A program made the position numbers and the translations under genes. 64,000 nt of DNA from a bacterium. GTDB lineage: Bacteria > Zhuqueibacterota > Zhuqueibacteria > Residuimicrobiales > Krinioviventaceae. The stretch is from contig OY843751.1 of NCBI GenBank assembly GCA_963693055.1, positions 5,152,001 to 5,216,000 of the forward strand. The letters are read 5' to 3'. This document shows positions 18,424-29,120 of the stretch, piece by piece (position 1 is the stretch's first letter; each line of letters opens with the position of its first letter). The notes beneath the pieces were generated by a model that saw nothing but the letters and a program-made list of their open reading frames with translations, ran no database searches and was not told where the DNA came from.

Positions 18424-19134
18424 TTACAACGAGTCATTTTCAACCGGATAAATGTCGTCATCCGTAAAGGGTTTATAATCAAATCCCACAAAAAATAACA
18501 GGTATTCACCCGGCTCTTTATGTTCATAATGATATGCTTTTAACATTTTACCCTGGTCTTTATTAAACAGTTCCAATTTTTCTTCCAATGTTAGCATTCG
18601 CAATACCTGCCGTAAAGAATCCGGATAGACATTGTTTCTTTCATGATACAATTCAATGTTTTTGTCCAGAATTGCCAGATCGTTTTCAATATGTGGAATT
18701 TGCCAGTCATTCGATCCCAACCCCTGGAACCCATGGTTACCAATAATAATCAATGCAATAATAGCAGGAATCACCATACTCAACATAGTACCGCTAAATG
18801 CTATTAATAATACAATTAATCCTCGGTGCTTGATTTTGATCAATCCCCAAACCAGCGATATCATTGCCGGTATCAAACCAATCAAGGGTATAATTGAAAG
18901 AGAAGCAAAAAAGAACGACCACCCACCCACATCTTTATTCTGCGCTATGGCATCTACTTCCGTTTTCCATTCCTGGTACCGTTCGTCTTTCGCCTCATCA
19001 TGTTCGTAATATTTCCAAATACATTTTTTCAAAAAACGTTTGGGGTTTAGCCGCACATTTTCATGGATCACTGAACAGGCACCGGTTTCCGGTGCATAAT
19101 TCACACAACTCATACATGGATATGTTTGATGCAT
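18424..19134 (-). CDS. Membrane protein: Cys-rich N-terminus, DUF4190-like TMs, GspG-like C-terminus
   Basis: CMSC..C..C; two TM hairpins; IELYHERNNVYPDSL and GFDYKPFTDDDI. Confidence 0.55.
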   Translation of the reverse strand: MHQTYPCMSCVNYAPETGACSVIHENVRLNPKRFLKKCIWKYYEHDEAKDERYQEWKTEVDAIAQNKDVGGWSFFFASLSIIPLIGLIPAMISLVWGLIKIKHRGLIVLLIAFSGTMLSMVIPAIIALIIIGNHGFQGLGSNDWQIPHIENDLAILDKNIELYHERNNVYPDSLRQVLRMLTLEEKLELFNKDQGKMLKAYHYEHKEPGEYLLFFVGFDYKPFTDDDIYPVENDSL

Positions 19135-19315
19135 AGGATGATCCCCCCCCTTCAGACATGGTATTACCCTTTAATCCGGATAAACAATAATATTGCTCTT
19201 AAAAATACCTGATTACTTTATAACAATCAACATATTTATTTACCGGAGGACCTGTATACAAGGTGCAGATATCGCCCTCTATTGAAGAATATCCACACCC
19301 TGTTTAATCATAACA

Positions 19316-21163
19316 TTATTTGTTCAGGTCATTTACTATTTCCGCCATTTCAGGGCTTTTTTCAATCCGATAATTATCGGTTAAACGGGTGTAATTGGCG
19401 GTTTCATACATCACAAAACCATCCAGCTCAGGACTGGATTTTACCCGTTTGATCTCATTACGTGTGCGGTCAAAAGGGCCCTCAAAGGTCATACCGTGAA
19501 AGTCCCCTTGCAAATAAAACGGTTTCCCCACAGCATGGGCCGCATTACCAAAAGTTTCAATAGTGTTGCGCAGCTTCCATGGACGCAGGGAATAATGTCC
19601 GCGCAGTTCAAATTCGTCGCCAATTTCTTTTATCCAGGTTTGCCATTGCCATTCAAAATTTGGCGGCAGCGCGATAGTGGGTTTTCGATCATCAAGCCAC
19701 AGTATACCGGTGTTCAGATGCAGGTTTATATTTTTACCCCGGCTTTTAATGAGATCACGTGCCTGGCGCAGAAACTGTGTATAGGCATCACCATTGATCC
19801 GACAGATAGTCGGGTAATCGGTTTTGCCCCCGGACGCTTCCAATACCGGTTCGTTGTATCCATACTCCCAATACTCGGCCATACGGGTATGATTTCCAAC
19901 ACGGAAATTCACGCCATCCACACCCCGGTCAAGGCAATATCGTGTCAATCTTAACCACTCTTCACGCACCTCGGGATAGATAGGATGCAATGTGCCCAGC
20001 ATGTATTCCGGTTTACCACAGGCAGCGATCAGAAATCCCTCTTTATCCAGCGTAGTCCATTTTGTTGACAATTCGCTTCCAAAAGCATAATGATCATTGT
20101 AATGCTGCTCCATCTTGCGCGCGTCGTTGATCTCTGCCTGCACTTCCGGCAATTGTAAATACGGTACTGATTTCTTTTGGAGATCGTGCTGAAAAAAACC
20201 GGCGTTATGAGATTTCAAACTTGCCGGGCCTTTACCCAGTGTATGCGGCATGATCTCACCGTCCGCGTTTAGCAGTTCAAGTATGTTGCCGTTTTCGTTG
20301 CTGAAATTACCCTGCTCATCGGCAAGCGAGCATTTGATCAGGATATAAACATGGTCCCGGGGAATTTGCAGCCCGGAAAAGGTCAATGCCCGGCATTTTC
20401 TCCAATAGGCAAAACGATATCGGGGCACAAGGGATTCTTCAAACTCGATCGGACCGGTATATTTTACAAAATTATTGTTTGTGGCACTCGTCCAGATGGA
20501 AATGTGCTCTTGTTTTACCCGATGGTCCCTGTGATCACCTTTGAGCAGTCGAATAGCAGTTATCGGGCCTTTTACCTCAAAAGTACCGGGCCTGCGTTTC
20601 AGGTTCATTTCAGGGTGTTCCGCAGCAAAAGGCAGCGCACCGGGACATATTCCGCGCAAATCTTTAAAAGCGCACGAATGTTCGGGGAACGGCATGGTTA
20701 CCGGGAGGAATGTTCCGAATCCACCGTTTTCAAAAGGCTTGATGATCGTGTAACATTCCAGACCGTGCGCGTAGGCCGATTCGGCAACCTGAGCGATCAG
20801 ATCAAATCCATGCGGATAATTATCATAATATGCTGCTCGCGGATTATACATAAACTGGTGCCGGCTGACGCCCATAGACGCCAGCTCTTTGTGCAGATCA
20901 TCAATTTGTGATTTGTCCCAAAAGTACAGATTTTTTTGATAAAATTCTTCAGGTCGTTTTTTAGGCGCACCATAGCGGGAACCTTTATAGTTCACACCCA
21001 GATTATCATTATAATCTGTGGTGGCAATGAGTTTTTTACCACTGGCCGCAATTGATGTTTTCATTAAAGGACCGACATAACCACCCAGCATTGCAGCTCC
21101 CAAACCGGATGCGGTACAGGTTATAAAATTTCGTCGTGTAATTGTTTTTCTTGCTTTTCTCAT
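19316..21163 (-). CDS. Tat-exported ~600-aa TIM-barrel-like protein of unassigned family (paralogue 1, last gene of the PUL)
   Basis: TRRNF Tat motif; LHPIYPEVREEW..YCLDRGVDGVNFRVGNH and GFVMYETA shared with five genes at 43-52 kb. Confidence 0.75.
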   Translation of the reverse strand: MRKARKTITRRNFITCTASGLGAAMLGGYVGPLMKTSIAASGKKLIATTDYNDNLGVNYKGSRYGAPKKRPEEFYQKNLYFWDKSQIDDLHKELASMGVSRHQFMYNPRAAYYDNYPHGFDLIAQVAESAYAHGLECYTIIKPFENGGFGTFLPVTMPFPEHSCAFKDLRGICPGALPFAAEHPEMNLKRRPGTFEVKGPITAIRLLKGDHRDHRVKQEHISIWTSATNNNFVKYTGPIEFEESLVPRYRFAYWRKCRALTFSGLQIPRDHVYILIKCSLADEQGNFSNENGNILELLNADGEIMPHTLGKGPASLKSHNAGFFQHDLQKKSVPYLQLPEVQAEINDARKMEQHYNDHYAFGSELSTKWTTLDKEGFLIAACGKPEYMLGTLHPIYPEVREEWLRLTRYCLDRGVDGVNFRVGNHTRMAEYWEYGYNEPVLEASGGKTDYPTICRINGDAYTQFLRQARDLIKSRGKNINLHLNTGILWLDDRKPTIALPPNFEWQWQTWIKEIGDEFELRGHYSLRPWKLRNTIETFGNAAHAVGKPFYLQGDFHGMTFEGPFDRTRNEIKRVKSSPELDGFVMYETANYTRLTDNYRIEKSPEMAEIVNDLNK

Positions 21164-21188
21164 ATATACCTGCTTTTAATAATTGTTA

Positions 21189-22757
21189 TTATAATTTTCC
21201 CGGAACCGTATAAAAAACACTATTCTTGTTGACATTATTATCAAATACAACAGGATCGTTTTTTAAATTCAAAAAATCATGAATATGAATATTGGCTGTT
21301 GACGCACCTGTAATCCTTGTCTTTTCCTGCTTTTGTGAATACCATAATACTCCATTTCGGCACTCATTCAGCAGATAAACAGGCGTTTTCGTATCACGAA
21401 TGATATCACCAGAATTGATTTTTTCCAAATGAAAACGATCAACATGATTCAGACATAACGATAAGCGATCATATCGAATTGAAGGCTGATCATACCAAAA
21501 TAGCTTTATATCACTCAAAGTTAATCCATGAATATTAGCAAAGGTGAAATATGAATTATGGCGTGCATACAAAGTATCCTGAATACCATGAGTCGTACGG
21601 CTGCCACCAATATGTTTTTGAAACTGAGAAAAATCCAGTGGTTTGTCAATACGTATGGTAATGTTTTCAAATGTTAAATTTTCAATAGGGCTTTCGGGCA
21701 GTCCCTGAATGAGCACTTTGCTGTCACATTTTATTTGGATATCTCTGAACGTTACATCTCTTATCTTTCCGATTTTTGAATCGGGATGTCTTTTTTCAAT
21801 ATCCATGTGTATTGGATACGGTTTGAGGCGTAAAAATGGGAATGTATGGGTTGTGATAGAAATATCACTAAACGTAATACGCTCTATCGTGGCACCGTCT
21901 TTTAAATTAAATCCCAGGCCTATGCGTGAATTTTTGATAACACAATTTGAAACATGAATATCTCTAAAATCACCGTGTGACTCGGTGCCAATTTTAATAG
22001 CAGCGGCAATAGATTCAAGAATACAATTCTCAACCACAATATTTTCACAGGGATACTTTTCAGTCGATTTAAATACAATACAATCATCACCTGCTACAAT
22101 ATTACAATTTGAAATGGTAACATTCTTACACGAATTGGGATCAATACCGTCAGAATTAACCCGCAAGGGATTATTAAGAATTGTCACATTGTCAATAGAT
22201 ACATTTTCACATCGCTTTAAATGTACAGTCCACGAATCAGAATACAACATATTAATATCAGAAATTTTGACAAAAGAACATTGTTCAATATACAGCACAC
22301 CTGTTCGGAATGACAATTTTTCATATTTCACATCTTTTCTTCTACCGTAATCATTTTCTCCCTGTCCGTAAAGGCTTCCCATTCCGGCAATAGAAATATG
22401 CTTTTTGCCTTTTGCGTAAATCAAGCATTTTCCGGTTTGAGGAGAGTAATCTGACAGATCGCGGCTTGCCTTGATAACAGCCCCTGATTCCAGATAAAGA
22501 GAAATATTGTCTTCAAGCACGATTGTACCTGACAAATATTCCCCGGCAGGGAACAAAACGGTTCCGCCTCCTGCTTTAGAACACGCATCAACCGCTTCCT
22601 GGATAGCATTTTGATCGTTGGTTAATCCGTCTCCAATTGCGCCATAATTTTTGACATTTTCAATTGCTGCAAAAGACAATGATGGGGCAAGAAAGGCCAT
22701 TAAGATTATTGACAACGTGAATTGTCGGTTTAATTTTAATAATAACTTGAAATACAT
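21189..22757 (-). CDS. Glycoside hydrolase family 28 (beta-helix)
   Basis: NVKNYGAIGDG, NSDGIDP, GDDCIVFK, KIGTES. Confidence 0.88.
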   Translation of the reverse strand: MYFKLLLKLNRQFTLSIILMAFLAPSLSFAAIENVKNYGAIGDGLTNDQNAIQEAVDACSKAGGGTVLFPAGEYLSGTIVLEDNISLYLESGAVIKASRDLSDYSPQTGKCLIYAKGKKHISIAGMGSLYGQGENDYGRRKDVKYEKLSFRTGVLYIEQCSFVKISDINMLYSDSWTVHLKRCENVSIDNVTILNNPLRVNSDGIDPNSCKNVTISNCNIVAGDDCIVFKSTEKYPCENIVVENCILESIAAAIKIGTESHGDFRDIHVSNCVIKNSRIGLGFNLKDGATIERITFSDISITTHTFPFLRLKPYPIHMDIEKRHPDSKIGKIRDVTFRDIQIKCDSKVLIQGLPESPIENLTFENITIRIDKPLDFSQFQKHIGGSRTTHGIQDTLYARHNSYFTFANIHGLTLSDIKLFWYDQPSIRYDRLSLCLNHVDRFHLEKINSGDIIRDTKTPVYLLNECRNGVLWYSQKQEKTRITGASTANIHIHDFLNLKNDPVVFDNNVNKNSVFYTVPGKL

Positions 22758-22807
22758 ATTAAAATATTATCCATGTTAATAGAAAAATAATCTGTGGGGA
22801 ATTAAAT

Positions 22808-22847
22808 GGCACAATAAAGAACAAAATCAATCATTCTTTATTGTGCC
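22808..22847 (-). terminator. Intra-operon hairpin
   Basis: GGCACAATAAAGAA...TTCTTTATTGTGCC. Confidence 0.55.
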
Positions 22848-22864
22848 GGGGAGAAATGGTAGCG

Positions 22865-24568
22865 TTATCTTACAAGTACCATTTTAATGTTTTTCTTTAA
22901 ATCATTAGACTGGATCTGACAATAATAAATACCGCTTCCAACACTTCGGCTATATTCATCTGTTCCATCCCAAACAACTGAATGGTTGCCTGCCTGTACT
23001 TTGGCATTTACCAGGGTCTTAATTGCCTGGCCCAGGGTATTATAAACAGTCAAAGTCACTGCAGCGTTTTTATTCAAAGAATAGTTGATAGTGGTTACCG
23101 GGTTGAACGGATTGGGATAATTCTGTTTCAACTGAAAATCATCAATCACCATAGCTTGTTCATCTTCAACTGCAGTTGATAAACTGATCGGTGTCAAAGT
23201 ACCAGCGTCACCATTTTCCCATTTTTCTTTCAATTCGGGGAACCAGTTCAAGTCACCAACCGGGTAACCATCGTCTCCTGCAAGATGGTATCCTTCGGTA
23301 GCGTATGTTTGTTCATAATCAAAAGAAAAATCAATGGGCAGCGGCCAGGGATTGGTAAACGGATCTTCATCATCATCCGGGTACCAACTTCTGGTTGGCA
23401 TTTCCTGACTTGTTCTGTTAGCATCCTGCCATGCGATCACTTTATCATACTGATCTTCGGTCAATGGAGTAGTTAAAAGCGGATCAATACCTTCAACATT
23501 GTTTTCAAAAGTAAAATTGGGATAAGCATCAAACATTTCCTGGCCTGTAGCTGTTAACCAGGGAATATTCCACACATTGTTGTCCGCATGCCAGTTGAGT
23601 ATTTTAGGAGTATCAAAACGAACGTTATGGTGAATTTGAATATCGCGCTCAGTTTCATCTATGCCCCATTCAACGGCAAGGGTATCTACCGGGAAAAAGC
23701 CTTCAGTTTCATTTCCTTCTCTCCAGGAATCATGACCAGCCATATAATCGCCTGCATAATCAACACCCTGATAGAGACCAGAGTCTACAACTGCGCGAAC
23801 ATAACCATCAACAAATAAATTGTTTTTAATAGTATAACTCTTTAAAACCTCCATAACCTCAAATACCTGTCGGCTTGTTAGCACAATTGTATTATGTTCT
23901 ACAACTACATTCTCTACCACATCGAAAACCTTATCGTGATTCAGGAAAGCAGGGCCGGTTGTATTGAACACAGTATTGTTTGCAATATAGTAGGAACCCG
24001 TATGCGCACCTTGAATCCAAACAAAACGACCGCCTGAATTAACACTGGATTCAGAAAAAGAATTATAATATAAGCAATTGGTCACTTTTAAATTGACCAT
24101 AGCTGCATTCTCAAGATGAACAAAATAACCACGGCCTCCACTAGAGATAACATTATCAATAGTAACATCAATAGAATCTTCTACAACCCTGATAATAGCT
24201 CTCTTACCCCAAATTCCACTCAGCGTTGTATTGTGAACCCACAAGTTTTTAAGAGTAATGTCACCTTCAACAGTGAAAGGGTAAATCTTATTTGAGTCAG
24301 AATCACGGATCAGTTGCGGGGGGACCTTGTCATCATCTTCGCCTTCTACTATCAGGTGCCAGCCATTATTAACAATATCTTCAGTCATGATATAAATCGC
24401 ATCAGGACCGCTTTGCAGTTTAAATACTTTACCATGATTTGCCTCATCATTAACTGCATCATTAAGTGTTCCATTACCAGGCGCTACATGAACTGTATCA
24501 GGGACCTGAGCAAAACACATCACTACAAACAACAAGATAATACTAGTAACCGATTTCAGTTTCAACAT
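22865..24568 (-). CDS. Secreted beta-helix-like protein with FlgD/Por-type C-terminal sorting domain
   Basis: Start MLKLK after GGAGG; Asn-ladder repeats (NNTVFN, HNTIV, NNLFVD), PVGDLNWFP, QNYPNPFNPVTTINY...WDG...SGIY. Confidence 0.8.
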   Translation of the reverse strand: MLKLKSVTSIILLFVVMCFAQVPDTVHVAPGNGTLNDAVNDEANHGKVFKLQSGPDAIYIMTEDIVNNGWHLIVEGEDDDKVPPQLIRDSDSNKIYPFTVEGDITLKNLWVHNTTLSGIWGKRAIIRVVEDSIDVTIDNVISSGGRGYFVHLENAAMVNLKVTNCLYYNSFSESSVNSGGRFVWIQGAHTGSYYIANNTVFNTTGPAFLNHDKVFDVVENVVVEHNTIVLTSRQVFEVMEVLKSYTIKNNLFVDGYVRAVVDSGLYQGVDYAGDYMAGHDSWREGNETEGFFPVDTLAVEWGIDETERDIQIHHNVRFDTPKILNWHADNNVWNIPWLTATGQEMFDAYPNFTFENNVEGIDPLLTTPLTEDQYDKVIAWQDANRTSQEMPTRSWYPDDDEDPFTNPWPLPIDFSFDYEQTYATEGYHLAGDDGYPVGDLNWFPELKEKWENGDAGTLTPISLSTAVEDEQAMVIDDFQLKQNYPNPFNPVTTINYSLNKNAAVTLTVYNTLGQAIKTLVNAKVQAGNHSVVWDGTDEYSRSVGSGIYYCQIQSNDLKKNIKMVLVR

Positions 24569-24674
24569 AATTGAATTAACCTCCATTATTAACCTTCATG
24601 ACACACTTACATTTCAATTCTTAACAGCAACATTTTTCAAATTTTATCCGAGTTTGATCACCTCCTTTATATTT

Positions 24675-27600
24675 TTAATAAGTAAAACGTAATCCCAAAG
24701 ATGCCTGCCAGTCATAATGTTCTTCTTTTTGCAGATAATCGATAATATTATAACGGATAATATCCGGATCATTGGTCAGATTGTTCAAATCAAAGAACAG
24801 ATCAAAATTATGAGTCAATTTTTGCTTAAGCTTTATATCCATCCTGATCACTTCATCTTTGTAATAATCCTGAATAGTAAACACCCTGTCAACATAAGCC
24901 AGTGTGTTACCCTGGTAATAGAATGATAAGCGCCCTGAAAAACCGCCTTTATCATAACCTACAGATACGTTCCCTACAATTTTGGGTTGGTTCTGCATAC
25001 GGTTTTTCCTATATATTAAAGAGTCTACTCTATCACGATACCAGGGGGCCGTACCTTGAGTTTCGGTATAATGCGGGTACCGGGTTTCAGTATCTATAAA
25101 TGAAATATTTGTATTTAATACCAGGCCGTCAAAAGGTTTGGGCAAATACCAGAATCGGGTCTGCCATTCCAATTCGATACCACGCACATAAGCAGTAAGT
25201 TCATTATTAATTGGTTCTGTCAGGGTGTAGCCCACAAAATCATCAGCACTGTAGGCTACAAAATCTTCATTTGGGAGTCCGCTTAAAACTTCCCCTTTAC
25301 GAATATTGGTGGTAACTGCATAAATATAATTATCAATTTCTTTATAAAATCCACCAACAGAAAATAAACCAACAATATTATTATAAAAAGAGGCCTGGGC
25401 ATCTAAATTCTGACTGGTCTCCACTTTGAGGTTCGGATTACCACGATAAATAGCTTCACTTGAACTTGATATACGCAATTGTGGCGAATATTGCAGATAA
25501 TTAGGTCTGCGTAATGTCTTTGTAGAGGCAACACGCAAATCACACCAGTCATTAACTTTGTATTGCAGGTGTATCATTGGCAGCCAAAACTCATTTTCAG
25601 GTTTGGCATTTAATACCTCTTTAACACCTTGGTGCTTTTTGTGTATGTTATAAACACCCCGGTAATCGATATAATACGCATCAATATCATGCTCAACGCT
25701 TTCATAACGGACACCCGGAGTAAAGGTCCATTTTCTGCCCAGGTTGATCTCACTCATCATATATCCGGCAGAATAATAGGAATTGCTTGTATAATCCGAA
25801 TAATCCGCGGTAAGGGATTCCATCATATGAGGCGGGGTTGGAGCATCCTTGGAAGCATTATAAACATCTGCAATTCTCTTCATATCGTCATGATTCGAAT
25901 AGGCAAGAAAATTATACCCTTTTAAAAGGTCTGAAACCTCCAATGAGTAATCGACAAAGTTAGAATAAGCAACATATAATCCATCAACAAGCACCAAGTC
26001 CTTTTCAGGAAAAATCTCATCCCGAATTCGTCGAAGCTGTCCATCATGACCGCCTCCTGCCCGGGTATCTGATTTCCAGATTTCATAATCTTTTGACCGA
26101 TCATGGTACCTGTATTTCCCGCCAAATTTGATATTACCGTTTGAATAACTGCCTATGCGCCAGGGACGTTCAAAATTGAATTCCGAGCTATATTCCTGTG
26201 CCTCGGTTTCAGTCCATTCGTGTTCTACTTTATTCCATCTGACTTTATCAAGGTCCCAGACAAACATATCGTAAATCTGGTCAGGAGATTTGTCAAGGTC
26301 TGTTGTGCTACCAGTAAAGGATATATAACCGCTGGAAAACTGGACAGTCCAGTCTTCCGGTGTTCTATATTTTGTATTTGAATGAGCAAACTTCCAATCA
26401 AACAAACCGTTAAATAACTGATGCTCTCCGCCCAAAGAGTTGGAAATATTGCGGTTTTCGGATTTTGTAAAAATATGACTAAAATCCAAAGCATCCGAAC
26501 CACCTATAGGTTCCGCTTTAATGCGACGAGTAAGATTTTCTGTATTCAACTGGCTGCCAAAATTCTTGAATAGCAGCTTGCCATTGGACAAACGATAATC
26601 CATAACCAGAGTTACACCATAACGATCTTTAATACTGTTAACATTATACAAATTAATGGATTTTAATTTGGGGTCACCGGGCTGATCAAAGATATTATGA
26701 GATGAATGTTCATAGCTTGAACCAAAATAATCTGTACTGCGATCATCTTCACGTGCTGAAATCTGGGCATAGATACCCAACCTTTCATCAAAAAAGCGAT
26801 TGCTAACACTCAGGTTCCCTTTCGGCATACCAAATTCATCACGTAAACCGGAATACCCTCCCTGCAGATCCAGTTGTACATTGAATCCGCTGGGCGCGTC
26901 TTTGAGCACAAAATTCACATTACCACCGGTGGCATCGCCTTCCATATCGGCAGTCAACGCTTTGGTCAATACTATGCCGTCCAGCATATTGGGACTGATA
27001 AAGTCTAATCCCACACTACGGCTGTCATTCGCACTGGGCACCTTTACACCGTCAATAGAAACCGTATTAAATCCCTCAGACAAACCACGGATTGTCACGC
27101 TTGTGGCTTCTCCACCATCACGATTTATTGATACACCCGGTAAACGTCCTACAGATTCTGCGGCATTTGCGTCCGGCATCTCCTGAATTCGGTCTGACGA
27201 TACCACATTCACAATTTGTCGGGAAGCCAATTGTTGGTTAATTGCAGCCATCTGCCCCTCAGCCTGCGCGGTAACCACAACTTCAGCTCCTTCTACAACA
27301 ACAAAGTTGAGGTTAAACTCGATCTCTCTTTGCTCACCCAAACTTAATTGTACGTCTTGCTCTTGTTCTTCATAACCGATAAATTTTGCAAAAACTGTAA
27401 AATTCCCCGGAGGTAAATTCTGTATTTTAAATTCACCGTCAATATTGGTAGCTGCACCAAAATTGGTACCTTTGAGCATTACATTTGCACCGGGCAGCAC
27501 TTCACCTGTAACGGCATCTTTAACAACGCCTTTAATTAATCCACGAGATTTTTTCTTACCTTGCGGCATAATCACCATGTGGCCGTTATCCGTTATCATT

Positions 27601-27917
27601 AAACTGGTACCGGTTTCATCTAAAACAGCCATCAATGCCTGGGCAGCAAAAACCTCGTTCATCTTGATTGAAATGCGTTTTTTAACAGGTATTACATTTC
27701 TATTAAAATTAAATTGCAAATCAATCTTGTCTGATATCAACGCCAATGCGTCTTCCATTGGTGCCTTGTCAAGATTTATGGATATTTTTTTCAACATTGC
27801 CCGGGGAATAGTGGGGCCCAATTTTTGACTGATATCGTAAAGAGCCACATCATCATTGGCGAACAATAAAACATAACTTGATAGCAAGAGCATTAAAATT
27901 TTAAAAACCAACTTCAT
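24675..27917 (-). CDS. TonB-dependent receptor with N-terminal signalling (STN-like) and carboxypeptidase-regulatory-like domains
   Basis: GVVKDAVTGEVLPGANV; plug NAAESVGRLPGV..IRGL; GNPNLKVE; C-terminal LGLRFTY. Confidence 0.92.
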   Translation of the reverse strand: MKLVFKILMLLLSSYVLLFANDDVALYDISQKLGPTIPRAMLKKISINLDKAPMEDALALISDKIDLQFNFNRNVIPVKKRISIKMNEVFAAQALMAVLDETGTSLMITDNGHMVIMPQGKKKSRGLIKGVVKDAVTGEVLPGANVMLKGTNFGAATNIDGEFKIQNLPPGNFTVFAKFIGYEEQEQDVQLSLGEQREIEFNLNFVVVEGAEVVVTAQAEGQMAAINQQLASRQIVNVVSSDRIQEMPDANAAESVGRLPGVSINRDGGEATSVTIRGLSEGFNTVSIDGVKVPSANDSRSVGLDFISPNMLDGIVLTKALTADMEGDATGGNVNFVLKDAPSGFNVQLDLQGGYSGLRDEFGMPKGNLSVSNRFFDERLGIYAQISAREDDRSTDYFGSSYEHSSHNIFDQPGDPKLKSINLYNVNSIKDRYGVTLVMDYRLSNGKLLFKNFGSQLNTENLTRRIKAEPIGGSDALDFSHIFTKSENRNISNSLGGEHQLFNGLFDWKFAHSNTKYRTPEDWTVQFSSGYISFTGSTTDLDKSPDQIYDMFVWDLDKVRWNKVEHEWTETEAQEYSSEFNFERPWRIGSYSNGNIKFGGKYRYHDRSKDYEIWKSDTRAGGGHDGQLRRIRDEIFPEKDLVLVDGLYVAYSNFVDYSLEVSDLLKGYNFLAYSNHDDMKRIADVYNASKDAPTPPHMMESLTADYSDYTSNSYYSAGYMMSEINLGRKWTFTPGVRYESVEHDIDAYYIDYRGVYNIHKKHQGVKEVLNAKPENEFWLPMIHLQYKVNDWCDLRVASTKTLRRPNYLQYSPQLRISSSSEAIYRGNPNLKVETSQNLDAQASFYNNIVGLFSVGGFYKEIDNYIYAVTTNIRKGEVLSGLPNEDFVAYSADDFVGYTLTEPINNELTAYVRGIELEWQTRFWYLPKPFDGLVLNTNISFIDTETRYPHYTETQGTAPWYRDRVDSLIYRKNRMQNQPKIVGNVSVGYDKGGFSGRLSFYYQGNTLAYVDRVFTIQDYYKDEVIRMDIKLKQKLTHNFDLFFDLNNLTNDPDIIRYNIIDYLQKEEHYDWQASLGLRFTY

Positions 27918-27971
27918 TTTCTTATAACCTCCGGAGATTCACCTTTGTTAACAAACGCTCATCAAACTATT

Positions 27972-29045
27972 TTAATTACGAACACCTGCCGTTGGGCTGG
28001 ATTGAAAATTCACTTTAATATCTTTTCGTTCAATCTGACTGTCTGTCAGAATTGCAATCAATTTTAACACATCATCAACATTGGATTGCTCAACATGCAC
28101 ACTGAGACGTTCCTGAAGTAATGATTGGTCATCATATTGAAATTCAAATCCATACCAACGATGCAACTGATCAAATATTTGTGCAACACTGGCGTTTTCA
28201 AAATTCATATCATTTTGCATCCATTTAAGATATTGTTCAATATCAATCCCGGTTGGGTCTTCCGGGTCGCCCTCAAGAGATAAAGAACTGTATTTCCCCT
28301 TGGTTAAATAGACTGTTTTTTTAGCAAACCCATCATTTCTACTAAAAGAAACTTTACCGCTTTGCACAGCAACAGATACTTGGGAATCAATATCCCAGGC
28401 TCTAACATTAAACTCGGTTCCCAGGACTTTAACCAATCCATGGTTGGCTTTTACTCTGAATGGTTTTTCGGGATTATGTGTCACTTTGAAAAATCCTTCA
28501 CCGGACAATTCAACCAACCTGTCACTCAAAAAATTTGATGAATATTTTAATTCACTTCCGGCATCCAGCGTTACGGTAGAGTTATCGGGCAATGTTATAG
28601 TCTTACGCTGACCGTTTTCTACCTTGATAATGTTGTACTGTTCTGCTATTTGATTATCAGAATTCCATGGCAGGGATGAATATCCTTCTGTGAGGAAATA
28701 AGACAGGAACAAAGCAAATATAAATACTGCGGCGTATCTCATTAACCTAAAAGCAATACGTGTATGCGCTGCGTGTATGATAACATTGGGGACTGATTTT
28801 GTTTCTTTTTTCTCTAATCCAGCTCTAAACTGTTGCCAATCTGCATCAATATCAACATTTGCCAATGGTTTCTCTTCTGCATTCCATACCGTTCTCAATA
28901 ATTGGATTTCATTGCGTATATCCGGATCATTCTGTATCCAGTTTTCAACCATTTTACGTTCCTGCTCGGAACATTCGTTTGATAAATATCTTTGTATGAT
29001 TTCAAATTTTTCAGGTGGGACCATGAATCGCCTCAAGTTTAGCAT
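27972..29045 (-). CDS. FecR-family anti-sigma factor
   Basis: LPDNSTVTLDAGSEL, LSGEGFFKV, VLGTEFNV; one TM segment. Confidence 0.92.
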   Translation of the reverse strand: MLNLRRFMVPPEKFEIIQRYLSNECSEQERKMVENWIQNDPDIRNEIQLLRTVWNAEEKPLANVDIDADWQQFRAGLEKKETKSVPNVIIHAAHTRIAFRLMRYAAVFIFALFLSYFLTEGYSSLPWNSDNQIAEQYNIIKVENGQRKTITLPDNSTVTLDAGSELKYSSNFLSDRLVELSGEGFFKVTHNPEKPFRVKANHGLVKVLGTEFNVRAWDIDSQVSVAVQSGKVSFSRNDGFAKKTVYLTKGKYSSLSLEGDPEDPTGIDIEQYLKWMQNDMNFENASVAQIFDQLHRWYGFEFQYDDQSLLQERLSVHVEQSNVDDVLKLIAILTDSQIERKDIKVNFQSSPTAGVRN

Positions 29046-29120
29046 TATCGTTATCCTTTAACTATAATACCCTTGAGGGAACAAAACACCCCTACAACAT
29101 TTTAAAATTTTTAGATTTTT

